This document shows positions 51,115 through 64,000 of a stretch of 64,000 nucleotides of DNA, in pieces; the first letter of the stretch is position 1, and every line of letters starts with the position of its first letter. Made by a program: the position numbers and the translations under genes. The notes beneath the pieces were generated by a model. The model was given only the letters and a program-made list of their open reading frames with translations. It did no database searches and was not told where the DNA came from. Source of the stretch: Desulfatiglandales bacterium. Lineage in GTDB: Bacteria > Desulfobacterota > DSM-4660 > Desulfatiglandales > HGW-15. Location: positions 2,048,001 through 2,112,000 of the forward strand of contig CAXXJJ010000001.1 in the NCBI GenBank assembly GCA_963667015.2, in the 5' to 3' direction.

Positions 51115-51543
51115 ATGCCAGAATTTAATACTTTGTCGATATTGATTCAGATGATAAATTTTTTGGTTCTCCTTATTCTTCTCAATATTATTGTTTATAA
51201 ACCTATCAGAGGAATGCTTAAGAAACGAAAGGAAGAAATAGATTCTTCATCAAACCTTACTGATGAATTGAAGAGAAACATTGAAAAATATTCTACCGAG
51301 ATAGAGGAAAATATTGATTCCACCAGAAAGCTGGGACTGAAAGAACGGATAGGTTTAAGGAATAATGGTTTAGCTGCTGAAAAAGAACTTCTCCAGGACG
51401 CATATTCACAGGTTGAAGAAGCACTTGGAAAAGCAAAAAATGAAATAAAGGAAAAGATTAACAACGCCAGGACATCATTACAAAATGAGATGGAAAGCTT
51501 TTCCCATGAACTGGCCGAAAAGATACTCGGGAGAAGCCTGTAA
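51115..51543 (+). CDS. ATP synthase F0 subunit b'
   Basis: IQMINFLVLLILLNIIVYKPI, coiled coil, LAEKILGRSL. Confidence 0.9.
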   Translation: MPEFNTLSILIQMINFLVLLILLNIIVYKPIRGMLKKRKEEIDSSSNLTDELKRNIEKYSTEIEENIDSTRKLGLKERIGLRNNGLAAEKELLQDAYSQVEEALGKAKNEIKEKINNARTSLQNEMESFSHELAEKILGRSL

Positions 51544-52202
51544 TGATCTCTATGACAAAAAACATTCCTGTAATTTTAATATTCTTGTTACTAATTTCAC
51601 TTCCAATTTTTGGTGAGGAAACTTCTCATTCATCTTCTACTGCAGCAGAAACACACGTTACTGATACCGGTTCATCGATAGCAGAAGGACATGGTGAAGG
51701 GCATTCTGCTGAAAGTAACGGAGATCTCCTGGATCTGTTATACCGCTTTATTTGTTTTGCTGTTCTTGTAATCGTCCTTGTTATAGTATTTAGAAAGGCA
51801 AAGCTTCTAGATTATTTTTCTACAAGAAGTGGAGAAATAAAGAAAAAATTTGAAGATCTTAAAAGAGATAAAGATGAGGCTGAAAGAAAATACAGGGAAG
51901 TCGAAGAACAGTTAAAAAATTTTGAAGCAAAAAGAAATGATATTATAGAGCAATACCGACAGGAAGGTGTGAAGGAAAAAGACAGGATCATTTCCGAGGC
52001 AAAGGAACGGGTCCAACAGATAATTGTCCAGTCGGAAATAACAATAGAACAGGAAATAGAATCTGCAAGAAATCAGTTGAAACAGGATATTATCGATATT
52101 GCATCACAAAGGGCACAGGACATCCTGGTAAAAGAAATTAATGAAAAAGACCAGGAAAATATGGTATCTGAATTTGTAGAAAAGGTGGGTAAAGTAAATT
52201 GA
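51543..52202 (+). CDS. atpF: ATP synthase F0 subunit b (His-rich N-terminal extension)
   Basis: DLLYRFICFAVLV TM then coiled coil; position before atpH. Confidence 0.9.
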   Translation: MISMTKNIPVILIFLLLISLPIFGEETSHSSSTAAETHVTDTGSSIAEGHGEGHSAESNGDLLDLLYRFICFAVLVIVLVIVFRKAKLLDYFSTRSGEIKKKFEDLKRDKDEAERKYREVEEQLKNFEAKRNDIIEQYRQEGVKEKDRIISEAKERVQQIIVQSEITIEQEIESARNQLKQDIIDIASQRAQDILVKEINEKDQENMVSEFVEKVGKVN

Positions 52203-52744
52203 GCGACTCAAGAATTTCCAAAAGATACGCCGGAGCGCTTTTTAGCATCGGGCAAGAAGATGGTTCCTTTGCCACCTACGGGAAGGAACTGGAAGAATTT
52301 AAGGATTTCTTTATAAAGAATACTGATTTTGGGAACGCTATTTCAAATCCCATATACAAACTTGAAGAAAGAAAAAGTGTTCTGACGTTTGTGCTGGGAA
52401 AAAGCAACTTTTCCAATCTGGTAAAGAATTTTCTAAATCTCCTGCTGGACAAGAACAGGATCGATTCCATAGAGGCTATTGCTGATAAGTATGCCATGTT
52501 GACTGATGAAGCTTCTAATATTGCCCATGCTGAGATTATTACTGCCAGACCTTTACAGGATGAAACCCTGCAAAAAGTAGTGGATTCACTGAAGGAAATG
52601 ACATCGAAAAACATCAAGTCAGAGGTGAAGGAAGATCCCGAATTGATAGGCGGTATAGTAGTAAAAATAGGGGATCTTGTTCTGGATGGTAGCGTAAAGG
52701 CCCAGCTTGAAGGGCTAAAAGAATCTTTTAGAAGGGGTGAATAG
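52199..52744 (+). CDS. atpH: ATP synthase delta subunit
   Basis: [32 protein letters not shown]. Confidence 0.96.
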   Translation: MSDSRISKRYAGALFSIGQEDGSFATYGKELEEFKDFFIKNTDFGNAISNPIYKLEERKSVLTFVLGKSNFSNLVKNFLNLLLDKNRIDSIEAIADKYAMLTDEASNIAHAEIITARPLQDETLQKVVDSLKEMTSKNIKSEVKEDPELIGGIVVKIGDLVLDGSVKAQLEGLKESFRRGE

Positions 52745-52749
52745 TACTC

Positions 52750-54264
52750 ATGGAGATAAGAGCTGAAGAAATTAGTCAGGTTATTAGGGAACAGATTAAA
52801 GACTACGAAAAAAAGATGGAAGTCAGTGAGACTGGCGTTGTTCTCTCAGTAGGCGATGGTGTTGCGCGCGTACACGGAGTTGAAAAGGCCATGGCAATGG
52901 AGATGCTTGAATTCCCCGGTGGAATATTCGGCCTTTGCCTTAACCTTGAAGAGGATAATGTCGGTGTTGCTATCATGGGAGAGGACTACAAAATCAAGGA
53001 AGGGGACATGGTAAAGCGTACAGGAAGGATTGCTGAAATTCCTGTTGGTGACGCTGTTCTTGGAAGGGTTATCGATGCAGTTGGAAATCCCCTTGACGGT
53101 AAAGGTCCGATAAACTCTGAAGAGTTTAGAAGACTTGAGATGGTAGCCCCTGGTGTTATCGCACGTAAACCTGTTACAGAGCCCATGTATACCGGTATAA
53201 AGGCTATTGATGCCATGACCCCGGTTGGAAGAGGCCAGCGTGAATTGATCATTGGCGACAGGCAGATCGGTAAAACAGCTATTGCTGTTGACGCCATCCT
53301 TAACCAGAAAGACACTGATATATATTGTATTTACGTTGCTGTTGGTCAGAAAAAATCGACCGTTGCCCAGGTTGTTGATATTCTCCAGAGAGAAGGTGCC
53401 ATGGAATACACAACCGTAGTTGCGGCATGCGCAAGCGACCCCGCAACACAGCAGTATATGGCCCCATACGCAGGTTGTTCGATAGGTGAGTATTACAGAG
53501 ATAATGGAAAGCATGCCCTGATCATTTATGATGACCTTTCAAAGCAGGCTACCGCATACAGGCAGATTTCACTTCTTCTCAGAAGGCCGCCGGGACGTGA
53601 GGCTTTCCCCGGAGATATTTTCTACAATCACTCAAGGCTTCTGGAAAGGGCCGCAAAGGTTAATGATGAGCTTGGTGCCGGTTCACTGACTGCTCTTCCG
53701 ATTATTGAAACACAGGCAGGTGATGTTTCTGCATATATTCCCACAAACGTTATCTCGATTACTGACGGTCAGGTGTATCTTGAGCCAAACCTGTTCTTCT
53801 CAGGTGTACGTCCTGCTATCAACGTAGGTCTCTCTGTATCGAGGGTTGGTGGCGCTGCACAGACAAAGGCCATGAAGAAGGTTGCCGGTACACTCCGTAC
53901 AGAAATGGCACAGTTCAGGGAGCTTGAGGCATTTGCACAATTCGGAAGTGATCTTGATAAGGCGACAATGCAGCAGATAAACAGGGGCCGAAGGCTTGTT
54001 GAAGTATTGAAGCAGCCTCAATACCAGCCAATGTCTGCAGAAAAGGAAGTAATGATTCTTTTTGCCGCAGCAAACGGTTATCTCGATAAATGGCCTGAAA
54101 AAGCTGTTTCAGAGTATGAATCTCAGATGCTGGAAGAAATCTCTGCAACAAAACCTGAGTATCTCAAAGAACTCAAGGACAGCGGGCAGATAAGCGATGA
54201 TCTGAGTGGAAAACTGAAGGCATTTCTGGATGAATTCCAGACAAAATTTCAGCCTTCAGTTTAA
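52750..54264 (+). CDS. atpA: ATP synthase alpha subunit
   Basis: [29 protein letters not shown]. Confidence 0.99.
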   Translation: MEIRAEEISQVIREQIKDYEKKMEVSETGVVLSVGDGVARVHGVEKAMAMEMLEFPGGIFGLCLNLEEDNVGVAIMGEDYKIKEGDMVKRTGRIAEIPVGDAVLGRVIDAVGNPLDGKGPINSEEFRRLEMVAPGVIARKPVTEPMYTGIKAIDAMTPVGRGQRELIIGDRQIGKTAIAVDAILNQKDTDIYCIYVAVGQKKSTVAQVVDILQREGAMEYTTVVAACASDPATQQYMAPYAGCSIGEYYRDNGKHALIIYDDLSKQATAYRQISLLLRRPPGREAFPGDIFYNHSRLLERAAKVNDELGAGSLTALPIIETQAGDVSAYIPTNVISITDGQVYLEPNLFFSGVRPAINVGLSVSRVGGAAQTKAMKKVAGTLRTEMAQFRELEAFAQFGSDLDKATMQQINRGRRLVEVLKQPQYQPMSAEKEVMILFAAANGYLDKWPEKAVSEYESQMLEEISATKPEYLKELKDSGQISDDLSGKLKAFLDEFQTKFQPSV

Positions 54265-54347
54265 GATATCGGGATTGTTAGTTTAGTATACAACATTAAA
54301 CGATAATAAATCTCAAACATTCAACGAAGCATACAGAGAAAATATAA

Positions 54348-55217
54348 ATGGCTGCACTAAGAGATATTGAATTAAAGATAAAAGCAATCAAAAAGATTCA
54401 ACAGATCACCAGGGCTATGAATATGGTTGCCAGTGCGAAACTGCGCAGCACTCAGAGCAAAATGGAAAAGTTTGAGCCCTATGCTGAAAAATTTGCAGAA
54501 GTCCTGGGTAACCTTGCGAGTCGAATCGATTCTGATGTTCACCCTTTAATGGTCAAACGGGAAAATATTGCCAATGTTGAGCTTTTACATTTTACCTCTG
54601 ACAGGGGTTTATGCGGAAGTTTTAATATGAACAATATCGTTTTAGGTGAAAAATGGGTGAATGAGCAGAAGGATAAACACCGGGAATACAGTTTGAATCT
54701 TGTTGGCAGAAAAGGGCGCGATTATTTCAAAAAAAGGAATTACAGTATTTCTTCGACCCATGTACAGGTTTATGGGGATGTTGATATATTTTATGTAAAT
54801 AAAATGACATCGGATTTCATCCATAAATATATGAATGGAGATTTGGATGAGTTATACATGATATATTCCAAGTTCATAAGCGTCGCAAAACAGGAACCGA
54901 CAATTGTAAAACTTTTACCCATTGAACCCCCTAAAGCGGCAGATGATGCTCAGAATTCTACTGAGTATCTCTGTGAACCGGGGGCAGAAGAACTGTTAAT
55001 TGATCTTTTACCAAAACATATAAGCGTTCAGATTCTGAATGCGTTCTTTCAGAATGAAGTAAGCGAATATGCCGCAAGAATGGCGGCAATGGATAACGCT
55101 ACTAGGAACTGTAAAGATATGGTTCAGGATCTTACACTTACATTCAACAAGGCAAGGCAGGCCGCAATTACAGCTGAATTGATGGATATTGTCGGCGGTG
55201 CCGAGGCTCTAAGATAA
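54348..55217 (+). CDS. atpG: ATP synthase gamma subunit
   Basis: ITRAMNMVASAK, SDRGLCGSFN, NKARQAAITAEL. Confidence 0.98.
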   Translation: MAALRDIELKIKAIKKIQQITRAMNMVASAKLRSTQSKMEKFEPYAEKFAEVLGNLASRIDSDVHPLMVKRENIANVELLHFTSDRGLCGSFNMNNIVLGEKWVNEQKDKHREYSLNLVGRKGRDYFKKRNYSISSTHVQVYGDVDIFYVNKMTSDFIHKYMNGDLDELYMIYSKFISVAKQEPTIVKLLPIEPPKAADDAQNSTEYLCEPGAEELLIDLLPKHISVQILNAFFQNEVSEYAARMAAMDNATRNCKDMVQDLTLTFNKARQAAITAELMDIVGGAEALR

Positions 55218-55367
55218 TTTTTTGTTAATACAATGGCAGTTGGCAAAAATATTTTGTTTACTTAACCGGTATCATCATAAACTTTAATGAGGAATGAAAG
55301 CATTAAAAGCAGATAGTTCCTCTACCGGAAGGCTGACAGCACTGTTAAAAAAGGAGGTCTTGAATAA

Positions 55368-56783
<1,416 letters not shown>

Positions 56784-56800
56784 CAGGAGCATGTATTATA

Positions 56801-57211
56801 ATGGGAAAACTCAATCTTGAAGTTGTTACACCGTCCGGGATAATTGCAAATGTTGAAGCTGATATAGTTGTAGCTCCTGGGACAGAGGGAGAATTTGGGG
56901 TACTGCCAGGACACATCAACTTTTTGTCCGGTATTGTTCCAGGTGAATTGCGATATACAAACAGTGAAAAAACTGAATATATGGCAATTTCATCCGGTTT
57001 TGCCGAGGTCTCAAATGACAAAGTTTCCGTTCTGGTCGATTCTGGCGAAATAGCTCATGAAATTGATCTCGAACGGGCTCAATCTGCCATGAGCAGGGCA
57101 AAAGAAAGATTAGACAAAAAACGTGATACAGACGAAATTGATTTTGCCCGCGCGGAAGCAGCTCTCCAAAGGGCAATTTCAAGAATAAAGGTTGCTAAAA
57201 AGCTCGGTTAA
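56801..57211 (+). CDS. atpC: ATP synthase epsilon subunit
   Basis: LEVVTP, GEFGVLPGH, SGFAEV. Confidence 0.97.
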   Translation: MGKLNLEVVTPSGIIANVEADIVVAPGTEGEFGVLPGHINFLSGIVPGELRYTNSEKTEYMAISSGFAEVSNDKVSVLVDSGEIAHEIDLERAQSAMSRAKERLDKKRDTDEIDFARAEAALQRAISRIKVAKKLG

Positions 57212-57239
57212 GCTGAAACAGATAAACATGTTATAAATG

Positions 57240-57266
57240 AAGGCAAGCCTCTAGCTTGCCTTTTTT
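57240..57266 (+). terminator. Rho-independent terminator of atp operon
   Basis: AAGGCAAGC-CTCTA-GCTTGCCTT followed by T run. Confidence 0.85.
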
Positions 57267-57373
57267 ATTGACTTTTTTTGGGCATAAAGACTATAAGTAT
57301 TTCTTTATGAAGAAAAAATTACTTTTATAAAAGTAATATAAACATTAAGAAAACAGTGATAAACGGGGTTAAT

Positions 57374-57610
57374 ATGGAATTTACTACTGAGACAGACTAT
57401 TTTAAACTCCTTGAAGATAAAATTAGTGAATTGATAAATAAGATGCAGGCTATGAAGGATGAGAAGGAATCCTTTTTAAAAACAATTGATGACCAGAAAA
57501 GTCAGATTGATACCCTGTCAAGCGAATTGAAAGGCCTGAGAGAAAGTAAACACCAGGCAAAGGAAAGGATAACCTCAATAATTGAGAAAATAGACAAACT
57601 GGCTGTTTAA
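57374..57610 (+). CDS. zapB: Cell division protein ZapB-like coiled coil
   Basis: FKLLEDKISELI...KERITSIIEKID; upstream of zapA. Confidence 0.65.
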   Translation: MEFTTETDYFKLLEDKISELINKMQAMKDEKESFLKTIDDQKSQIDTLSSELKGLRESKHQAKERITSIIEKIDKLAV

Positions 57611-57627
57611 ATCCCTGGGGCAGTCTT

Positions 57628-57915
57628 TTGGACAGATCTATTAAAATAAAAATACTGGATAATGAATACCTTATTAGAAGTAAGGAAAGTGATTCAGATA
57701 ATGTTTATAAGATTGCAGAATATGTTAATGAGAAACTGAGGGAAACAGATGAGAGCAGCCGCGGAATTTCGGAAAAAAAAGCTGCTATTTTAACAGCATT
57801 GAACATAGCCAGCGATTATTTTACTCTTCTGGATGAAAGAGACAGGTTACTGAAGGAGATTAAAAATAAATCACAATCACTAATTTCAGTTATTAACAGT
57901 AAGATTAATGAGTAA
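57628..57915 (+). CDS. zapA: Cell division protein ZapA
   Basis: IKILDNEYLI, IAEYVNEKL, AAILTALNIASDY. Confidence 0.9.
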   Translation: MDRSIKIKILDNEYLIRSKESDSDNVYKIAEYVNEKLRETDESSRGISEKKAAILTALNIASDYFTLLDERDRLLKEIKNKSQSLISVINSKINE

Positions 57916-58361
57916 ATACAATTTACTTGAACTATATAAAAATAATCAGGAAAGGCAATATTTGTAAGGCTGAAATGAAGTGTTTTAAATATAATTGTAT
58001 TATTAAAAACACCTTTTTGGATGGGTAAATTATAGTAAAAGGTCAAATGATCCTTTTGATAATATGATGATAACCGGAGATATCATAAAAAAAATTCCAA
58101 TATTTGGCTACAGGATCTGAATTAATTTAAAAAGAGATCCGGCCTGTCTCCTATACCTTTTCAGTCAGCTCAATAAAAAATCATTCCTGGTTTGTTTAAT
58201 TAATTTTATCAGTGCGGTATACGGGATTTTTATCCCGGAGGTATGACACCTGAAAGACTTGGCTAAATAAGCGTGTCAGAAAAATATGATTATGTTATTG
58301 ATGATACAGCCGATTTTAACGATGCAGGTTAAGTTCTTATACAAAAGAAAGGTGAAATAAT

Positions 58362-59939
58362 ATGACTACGATTCCAATGATTATTGGCTATATTGCATCC
58401 GCTGCAGTTGCCGGTATCATTTTAGGTATATTTGCGGGTTTTTTTAGAGGAAAACGAACAACTGAAAAAAAATACGAAGAACTGGCCGTTTATTCTAAAA
58501 AAATAATAAATGAAGCCCACAGGCAGGCTAAGACCATTAAAAAAGAGGCAATGCTCAAGGCGAAAGATACCATTTATCAACTCAAGAATGATATCGATAA
58601 AGAGGCCAAGGAAAGAAATGATCTTATCCTTGCACAGGAAAACAGACTGGTACACAAGGAAGAGAGCCTTGATAAAAAAATAAGCCAGTATGAAAACAGA
58701 GAAAATCTTCTTTTTAAGCGTGAAAAAAATATAAATAAACTTGAGGAAGACCTTAAACAGAAAAATGAGGAAGTCGATAACTTACTGGCGGAACAGCGAG
58801 TGCAGCTCGAAAAGATTGCAGGGATAACCAGTGAAGATGCTAAAAAGCTTCTTGTAATGTCAATGGAATCAGAGGCAAAGCATGATGCAGCAAAGCTTAT
58901 AAGAAAAATCGAGAACGAGGCAAGGGAAACATCGAAAAAGAAGGCACAGGAGATAATCGCCCTTGCAGTAAAAAGATATGCCGGCGATTATGTCTCTGAA
59001 AATACAGTTTCTGTTGTTGATCTGCCAAGTGAAGAGATGAAAGGACGTATCATTGGAAGGGAAGGTCGAAACATAAGGGCAATTGAGGCTGCAACCGGTA
59101 TCAACCTTATTATTGATGATACACCTGAAGCTGTTATTCTATCAGGATTTAATCCTGTAAGAAGAGAGGTTGCAAGGGTCTCACTGCAAAGATTGATAGA
59201 AGATGGCAGAATTCATCCTGCAAGGATCGAAGAAATTGTAAAAAAAGCTGAGAAAGAAATTGATGCGAGTATAAAGGAGGCTGGAGAGCAGGCCACCTTT
59301 GATGTCGGTGTCCATGGTATTGACCCTGAAATAGTCAAGCTTATCGGAAGATTGAAATACCGGTCAAGTTATGCACAGAATGTATTGCAGCACTCAAGGG
59401 AGGTTGCTTTTATATGTGGTGTAATGGCATCTGAACTTGGTGTTAATGTAAAAAAAGCGAAACGTGCCGGCTTGCTTCACGATATTGGTAAAGCGGTAGA
59501 TCATGAGATCGAGGGGCCTCATGCCGTCATCGGTGCAGACCTGGCAAAAAAATATCGCGAACCCGCAGATGTTGTTCATGCAATTCAGGCTCACCACGAA
59601 GATATTCCGCCTGATACAATGCTTGCTGTACTTGTTCAGGCCGCAGATACCCTGTCCGGAGCCAGACCTGGCGCCAGGCGTGAGATGATCGAATCATATA
59701 TAAAAAGGCTGGAAGAACTTGAAAAGATCGCAATGTCATTCACCGGAGTAAATAAATCATTTGCCATCCAGGCAGGCCGGGAAATTCGGATAATGGTAGA
59801 GGGCGATCAGGTCGATGATGATCAGTCCATTGTTTTATGTAAAGATATTGCAGGCAAAATCGAAAAGGAACTGACCTATCCCGGGCAGATCAAGGTTACC
59901 GTAATCAGGGAAACAAGGGCCGTAGAATACGCTAAATAA
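58362..59939 (+). CDS. rny: Ribonuclease Y
   Basis: TM, coiled coil, [13 protein letters not shown] (KH), LLHDIGK (HD), [12 protein letters not shown]. Confidence 0.98.
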   Translation: MTTIPMIIGYIASAAVAGIILGIFAGFFRGKRTTEKKYEELAVYSKKIINEAHRQAKTIKKEAMLKAKDTIYQLKNDIDKEAKERNDLILAQENRLVHKEESLDKKISQYENRENLLFKREKNINKLEEDLKQKNEEVDNLLAEQRVQLEKIAGITSEDAKKLLVMSMESEAKHDAAKLIRKIENEARETSKKKAQEIIALAVKRYAGDYVSENTVSVVDLPSEEMKGRIIGREGRNIRAIEAATGINLIIDDTPEAVILSGFNPVRREVARVSLQRLIEDGRIHPARIEEIVKKAEKEIDASIKEAGEQATFDVGVHGIDPEIVKLIGRLKYRSSYAQNVLQHSREVAFICGVMASELGVNVKKAKRAGLLHDIGKAVDHEIEGPHAVIGADLAKKYREPADVVHAIQAHHEDIPPDTMLAVLVQAADTLSGARPGARREMIESYIKRLEELEKIAMSFTGVNKSFAIQAGREIRIMVEGDQVDDDQSIVLCKDIAGKIEKELTYPGQIKVTVIRETRAVEYAK

Positions 59940-59989
59940 ATAGTGAAAATCATATTTAATCAACCTGCGTTTATGAAAGGTTCAATAAT

Positions 59990-60388
59990 ATGGAAATATC
60001 ATTATTTGACAAAGACGGTAATGCTGTTGCATATATAGCTGATGATTATGATAGAACCATTTATTTTTGGGAAGGGCAGCAGGCTGCCTATCTCTTTAAT
60101 GACCGGCAGATTTACGGGGCAAACGGAAAACATCTCGGCTGGTTTATTGACGGTGTCATATTTAATCCCGGCGGAGAACGGATTGGTTTTACTGCAAGCA
60201 CTTGCCCTGTACCCCCTTCAAAGGAACCCCTAAAGTTAAAGAAAAAGTATAAAAATGAACTCCAATCCAGATGGAAGGATAATCCGCTTCCAAAGCTTCA
60301 ATTCATCATTTCATCAGAAGATTTTTCTGATTTTCTTAAAAATGGTCAGGTATATAATCCTCGCCTGGCACGATTAAAAAAACAATAG
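59990..60388 (+). CDS. Hypothetical protein, 4-fold beta-flower-like repeats
   Basis: Repeated LFDKDGNAVAYI / IYFWEGQQAAYL / IYGANGKHLGWF / IFNPGGERIGF units. Confidence 0.55.
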   Translation: MEISLFDKDGNAVAYIADDYDRTIYFWEGQQAAYLFNDRQIYGANGKHLGWFIDGVIFNPGGERIGFTASTCPVPPSKEPLKLKKKYKNELQSRWKDNPLPKLQFIISSEDFSDFLKNGQVYNPRLARLKKQ

Positions 60389-60764
60389 GCTCATAAAAAT
60401 AGAGCTGTCCTGTCAAAAAAACATTTCTCTCTTTTGAAAAATAATATTTAAAAAAATCCTAATACCTGAAATCAGTCATAATAATCCTTAAAAGACATGA
60501 ATTAACTATATCTAGTGTTGTGAATTGGGTTGTGCACAATATGTGCAGAAGATACTGCATTGTGCTGATTAAATACAATAAAAGGAACAGTAATAATATG
60601 ATTATTATAGAAAAAAAGTATTGACATGACCAAATTGATCTTGTTATGTACAAGTTTATAAGAATTGTGTCATTTTAGAAAATTATAGATGTTTTAAAGG
60701 AAATAACCGGTTATTTTATTTTTATTAATTAAAAACTGATAAATTATCGGTTGTACCCTTTTTG

Positions 60765-60780
60765 TGGCCTTGAATTTGCA
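60765..60780 (+). promoter_or_regulatory. sigma54 (-24/-12) promoter
   Basis: TGGCCT-TGAAT-TTGCA ~50 bp upstream of 60829. Confidence 0.6.
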
Positions 60781-60828
60781 TGTCTGCTCTATTATAGTCT
60801 AAAAGAAAATTAAAGGAATCCATTAGTT

Positions 60829-61188
60829 ATGGCACAAAATATCAAATCGATCTCACCTCTGTCAGAAAATTCCTGTAACCCTGTTCCGGTAGTAGATCAA
60901 TATTCCAGCGTTGAATTCTGTATAGATGAACTTGGCTATACCTACCAGTTTAAAGTCTGGGAAACAAAAACTCCGGGAATAAATATCCTGGTGAACCAGA
61001 ATTCGGTAATCTTAAAACATCTTCATGTAGGAAATACTTTTGATATCAAGTGTTATCCTTCTGATTGTTCGGGATATCCTGTGACAATGCGGACTGAGAT
61101 CAAGCATATTAAAAAAGATTGTGATAATAGGATCAGAGGGCACATTCTTGTTGGCCTAGCAGTAAATGAAATAGGCAAAAATAACTGA
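60829..61188 (+). CDS. Hypothetical protein, PilZ-barrel-like
   Basis: YQFKVWETKTPGINILV...EIKHI...GHILVGL beta-strand pattern; c-di-GMP RxxxR motif not evident. Confidence 0.5.
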   Translation: MAQNIKSISPLSENSCNPVPVVDQYSSVEFCIDELGYTYQFKVWETKTPGINILVNQNSVILKHLHVGNTFDIKCYPSDCSGYPVTMRTEIKHIKKDCDNRIRGHILVGLAVNEIGKNN

Positions 61189-61379
61189 GAAAAATATTTT
61201 AATAATTGATCTTCTAACAGGTTATTAATCTTATCCTTTTTTTATTTCTTATCTATATTTCTACATTTTTTATATCAAATCAGTTACAATGATTGCCACA
61301 TTGTATCTCTTATTGCAGTTATTTCATTCAAGAAGATGTAGAGTCCATTTTTCAGGCAAACGAAACAGGAGAGAACATT

Positions 61380-61889
61380 ATGCCAAAGATAGATAAGATA
61401 TTGTATGCCACTGATCTTTCGAAAAATTCCGCTCATGCATTTCAATTCGCTACAGATATTGCTGATAAGCATGATGCATTAATTTACGTCCTCAATATCA
61501 TTGAAGAACTACCGGAAAGTGCCAGATCCGTTCTGAAGAACTACCTTTCTGATGACCAGTATCAAAAGTTTATTAATAGGAAGGGCGACCTGGTGAACAC
61601 TATCAGGGAGAGGCTCACAACATTCTGTGATAATGTTCAAAAGGGTGATCCTCAATGTGTCTTTCGTGTTGCCTCCATAGATGTCATAGAAGGTCATCCT
61701 GCCAATGATATATTGAGATACGCTGAGTCTAATGCCTGCGATATGATAGTAATGGGAACTCACGGTAAAGATATTTTAAGTCATGCCCTTCTGGGAAGTG
61801 TAGCTGAGAAGGTTTTAAGAAAATCAAGGATTCCTGTTGTGGTTGTGCCCATACCTGATGATGAATCGGAAATTACCTTTGAGATATAG
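61380..61889 (+). CDS. Universal stress protein
   Basis: ATG 61380 after AGGAGA; KILYATDLS, DMIVMGTHG, LLGSVAEKVLRKSRIPVVVV. Confidence 0.93.
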   Translation: MPKIDKILYATDLSKNSAHAFQFATDIADKHDALIYVLNIIEELPESARSVLKNYLSDDQYQKFINRKGDLVNTIRERLTTFCDNVQKGDPQCVFRVASIDVIEGHPANDILRYAESNACDMIVMGTHGKDILSHALLGSVAEKVLRKSRIPVVVVPIPDDESEITFEI

Positions 61890-61959
61890 TAAAAAATAAC
61901 TGATTGCCTTTTATTCTCAAACCGGCCTATATTACCCCATCCCACTAAGAGGTTATTTA

Positions 61960-64000
61960 ATGTCACAGGAAAACAGAACAATCTATCTGGTTGATGGTAA
62001 CTCATACATATACAGGGCTTATCACGCAATAGGGTATCTTTCGAACAGTAAGGGGCTAAGGACAAACGCTATATTCGGATTTACAAAAATGCTTCTTAAA
62101 CTCTTTGATGATAAAAAACCTGCGTATGCGGCGGTTGCTCTCGACTCAAAAGGGCCTACTTTCAGGCATGAAATTTACGACCAGTACAAAGCAACACGGC
62201 CACCGATGCCCGACGACCTTGTGGAGCAGCTTCCCTATATTAAGTCAATTATAGAACTGCTTGGAGTAAAAAAGATAGAGATACCCGGCTATGAGGCCGA
62301 TGATATTATTGGTACACTTGCAAAAAAGGGGGAGGAAGAGGGTTTTAATGTTGTCGTAGTAACTGGAGACAAAGATTTCAGGCAGATCATTTCCAGTAAA
62401 ACATCCCTGTGGGATACGATGAAGGACAGGGTAACCGATCTGGATGTCCTGCACAGTGAGTACGGGCTTGAGCCGGAGCAGATTATTGATCTCATGGGTC
62501 TTTCCGGTGACACATCCGATAATATCCCCGGGGTAAGGGGTGTTGGTGAAAAGACTGCCCTTACTCTGATAAAAGACTTCGGTACTCTTGAGAATGTGTA
62601 TGAACATATTGATGAAATAACAAAAAAGAAGCTAAAGGAAAATCTTGAAAATTCCCATGAAAATGCCCTCCTGAGTAAAACACTCGTAACCATAGATTGT
62701 AAAGTCCCCATTGATTGTGACACCCCTGACCTTAAAGTGAATGATCCAGAATCAAAAGATCTGTCAGACCTGTTTCGTGAGCTGGAGTTTAAGGGATTGT
62801 GGGAACAGTTTGCCTTAAGGAAAACCGAGGTCAAAAAAGATTATACGCTCTGCATGTCAGAGGAGGATCTCCTCGCTTTAGTAAGGATTATAGAAAAAAA
62901 GAAACTCGTATCCGTTGACACGGAAACAACCAGTACTGATCCCCATGAGGCCGAACTGGTTGGCATCTCTTTTTCACTTGAACCTGACAGGGGTTATTAT
63001 CTGCCGGTTGGGCATATGTATCTTGGTGCTCCTAAACAGGTGGAAAAGAACAGGGCACTTGAAATACTCAGAGGTGTTTTTGAGGACGAGAATATTCTCA
63101 AGGTCGGTCAGAATATCAAGTATGATGCGATCATCTTCAGGAATAACGGCATCAATCTTAAAGGGATATATTTTGACACAATGGTTGCGTCCTATGTTAT
63201 AAACCCCGGCTTGAGGCAGCATAACCTTGATTATCTTGCCCAGCATTATCTTAACCACAAGATGATCTCCTATCATGATGTTGCAGGCAAAGGAAAGGCC
63301 GAGATAAATTTTTCAGGAGTCACGGTTGAAAATGCAATGGAATACTCCTGTGAAGATGCGGATGTCACCCTCAAACTCAAGTCTATACTTGAAAAGCAGC
63401 TGACAGAGGATAAGAATCAGGATCTATTTCATAATCTTGAAATGAAGCTTCTCCCGGTTCTCATGGATATGGAGCTTTCAGGTATCAAGATTGATGTGCC
63501 TTTTTTTCGTGAGATGTCAGGTTCCTTTACAAAACGGATCAGGGAACTTGAAAAACAGATTTTTGAGGAGGCAGGCACTGATTTTAATTTGAACTCGCCT
63601 CAGCAGCTCGGATATATCCTATTTGAAAAACTGGAGCTGCCGGTGCAGAAGAAAACAGCTAAAACAAAATCATTTTCAACCGATGTCAAGGTGTTAACCA
63701 GCCTTGCGAGGGAAGGGTATAAAATATCCGAACTTATCCTTCAGTACAGGACTCTCGCAAAACTTAAATCAACTTACCTTGATGCCCTTGTAAAAATCGT
63801 AAATCCCCGGACAGGAAGAATACATTCATCATTCAATCAGGCGGTTGCTGCTACAGGGCGGTTAAGCAGCAGCAACCCCAACCTGCAGAATATCCCCATA
63901 AGGAGTGAAGAGGGAAGAGAAATCAGGAAGGGTTTTATTGCAGAAGAAGGTTATTACCTGTTCTCGGCTGATTACAGCCAGGTTGAACTTAGACTCTTTG
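61960..64000 (+). CDS. polA: DNA polymerase I (3' end runs off window)
   Basis: Not in ORF track. MSQENRTIYLVDGNSYIYRAYHAI, GYEADDIIGTL, GDTSDNIPGVRGVGEKTA, VDTETT, TGRLSSSNPNLQNIP, SADYSQVELR. Confidence 0.97.
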   Translation, partial: MSQENRTIYLVDGNSYIYRAYHAIGYLSNSKGLRTNAIFGFTKMLLKLFDDKKPAYAAVALDSKGPTFRHEIYDQYKATRPPMPDDLVEQLPYIKSIIELLGVKKIEIPGYEADDIIGTLAKKGEEEGFNVVVVTGDKDFRQIISSKTSLWDTMKDRVTDLDVLHSEYGLEPEQIIDLMGLSGDTSDNIPGVRGVGEKTALTLIKDFGTLENVYEHIDEITKKKLKENLENSHENALLSKTLVTIDCKVPIDCDTPDLKVNDPESKDLSDLFRELEFKGLWEQFALRKTEVKKDYTLCMSEEDLLALVRIIEKKKLVSVDTETTSTDPHEAELVGISFSLEPDRGYYLPVGHMYLGAPKQVEKNRALEILRGVFEDENILKVGQNIKYDAIIFRNNGINLKGIYFDTMVASYVINPGLRQHNLDYLAQHYLNHKMISYHDVAGKGKAEINFSGVTVENAMEYSCEDADVTLKLKSILEKQLTEDKNQDLFHNLEMKLLPVLMDMELSGIKIDVPFFREMSGSFTKRIRELEKQIFEEAGTDFNLNSPQQLGYILFEKLELPVQKKTAKTKSFSTDVKVLTSLAREGYKISELILQYRTLAKLKSTYLDALVKIVNPRTGRIHSSFNQAVAATGRLSSSNPNLQNIPIRSEEGREIRKGFIAEEGYYLFSADYSQVELRLF

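Noticed and set aside
57916..58361. Possible 6S RNA between zapA and rny
   Set aside because: Position is typical, but the region is AT-rich and I could not find the long self-complementary rod; needs an Infernal search

Overview
Bacterial chromosomal window whose gene content and order suggest a Desulfobacterota-type (deltaproteobacterial) host; this assignment is inference. The right half (~38.9-64 kb) is core genome: thiC-like, mnmE-jag-yidC-yidD-rnpA-rpmH, mreBCD-mrdA-rodA, bactofilin, atpF'FHAGDC, zapBA, rny, usp and the 5' part of polA. The far left holds a partial B12/radical-SAM gene, dtd and a CHASE2 adenylate/guanylate cyclase. Between them (~4.2-38.5 kb) lies a largely co-directional accessory region. 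In order it encodes: a sigma54-promoter PEP-CTERM protein; a secreted PKD/(alpha/alpha)-barrel protein; an STN+PDZ protein; an NtrB/NtrC-type pair; a sigma54-promoter TonB-dependent receptor; a YdjY-like protein; an exported prenyltransferase/squalene-cyclase-fold protein; an ebo cluster (eboC, small ORF, eboB, eboF, eboD, eboE; no eboA); a second YdjY-like protein; a 3197-aa signal-peptide-bearing barrel-PKD-Rhs protein; and a candidate immunity gene. RAYT/REP and IS1380 remnants follow. The best candidate for an undescribed system is the coupling of the ebo genes to three exported prenyltransferase-fold barrels (one fused to an Rhs toxin) and two YdjY-like partners. All calls come from motif recognition by eye; no searches were run.
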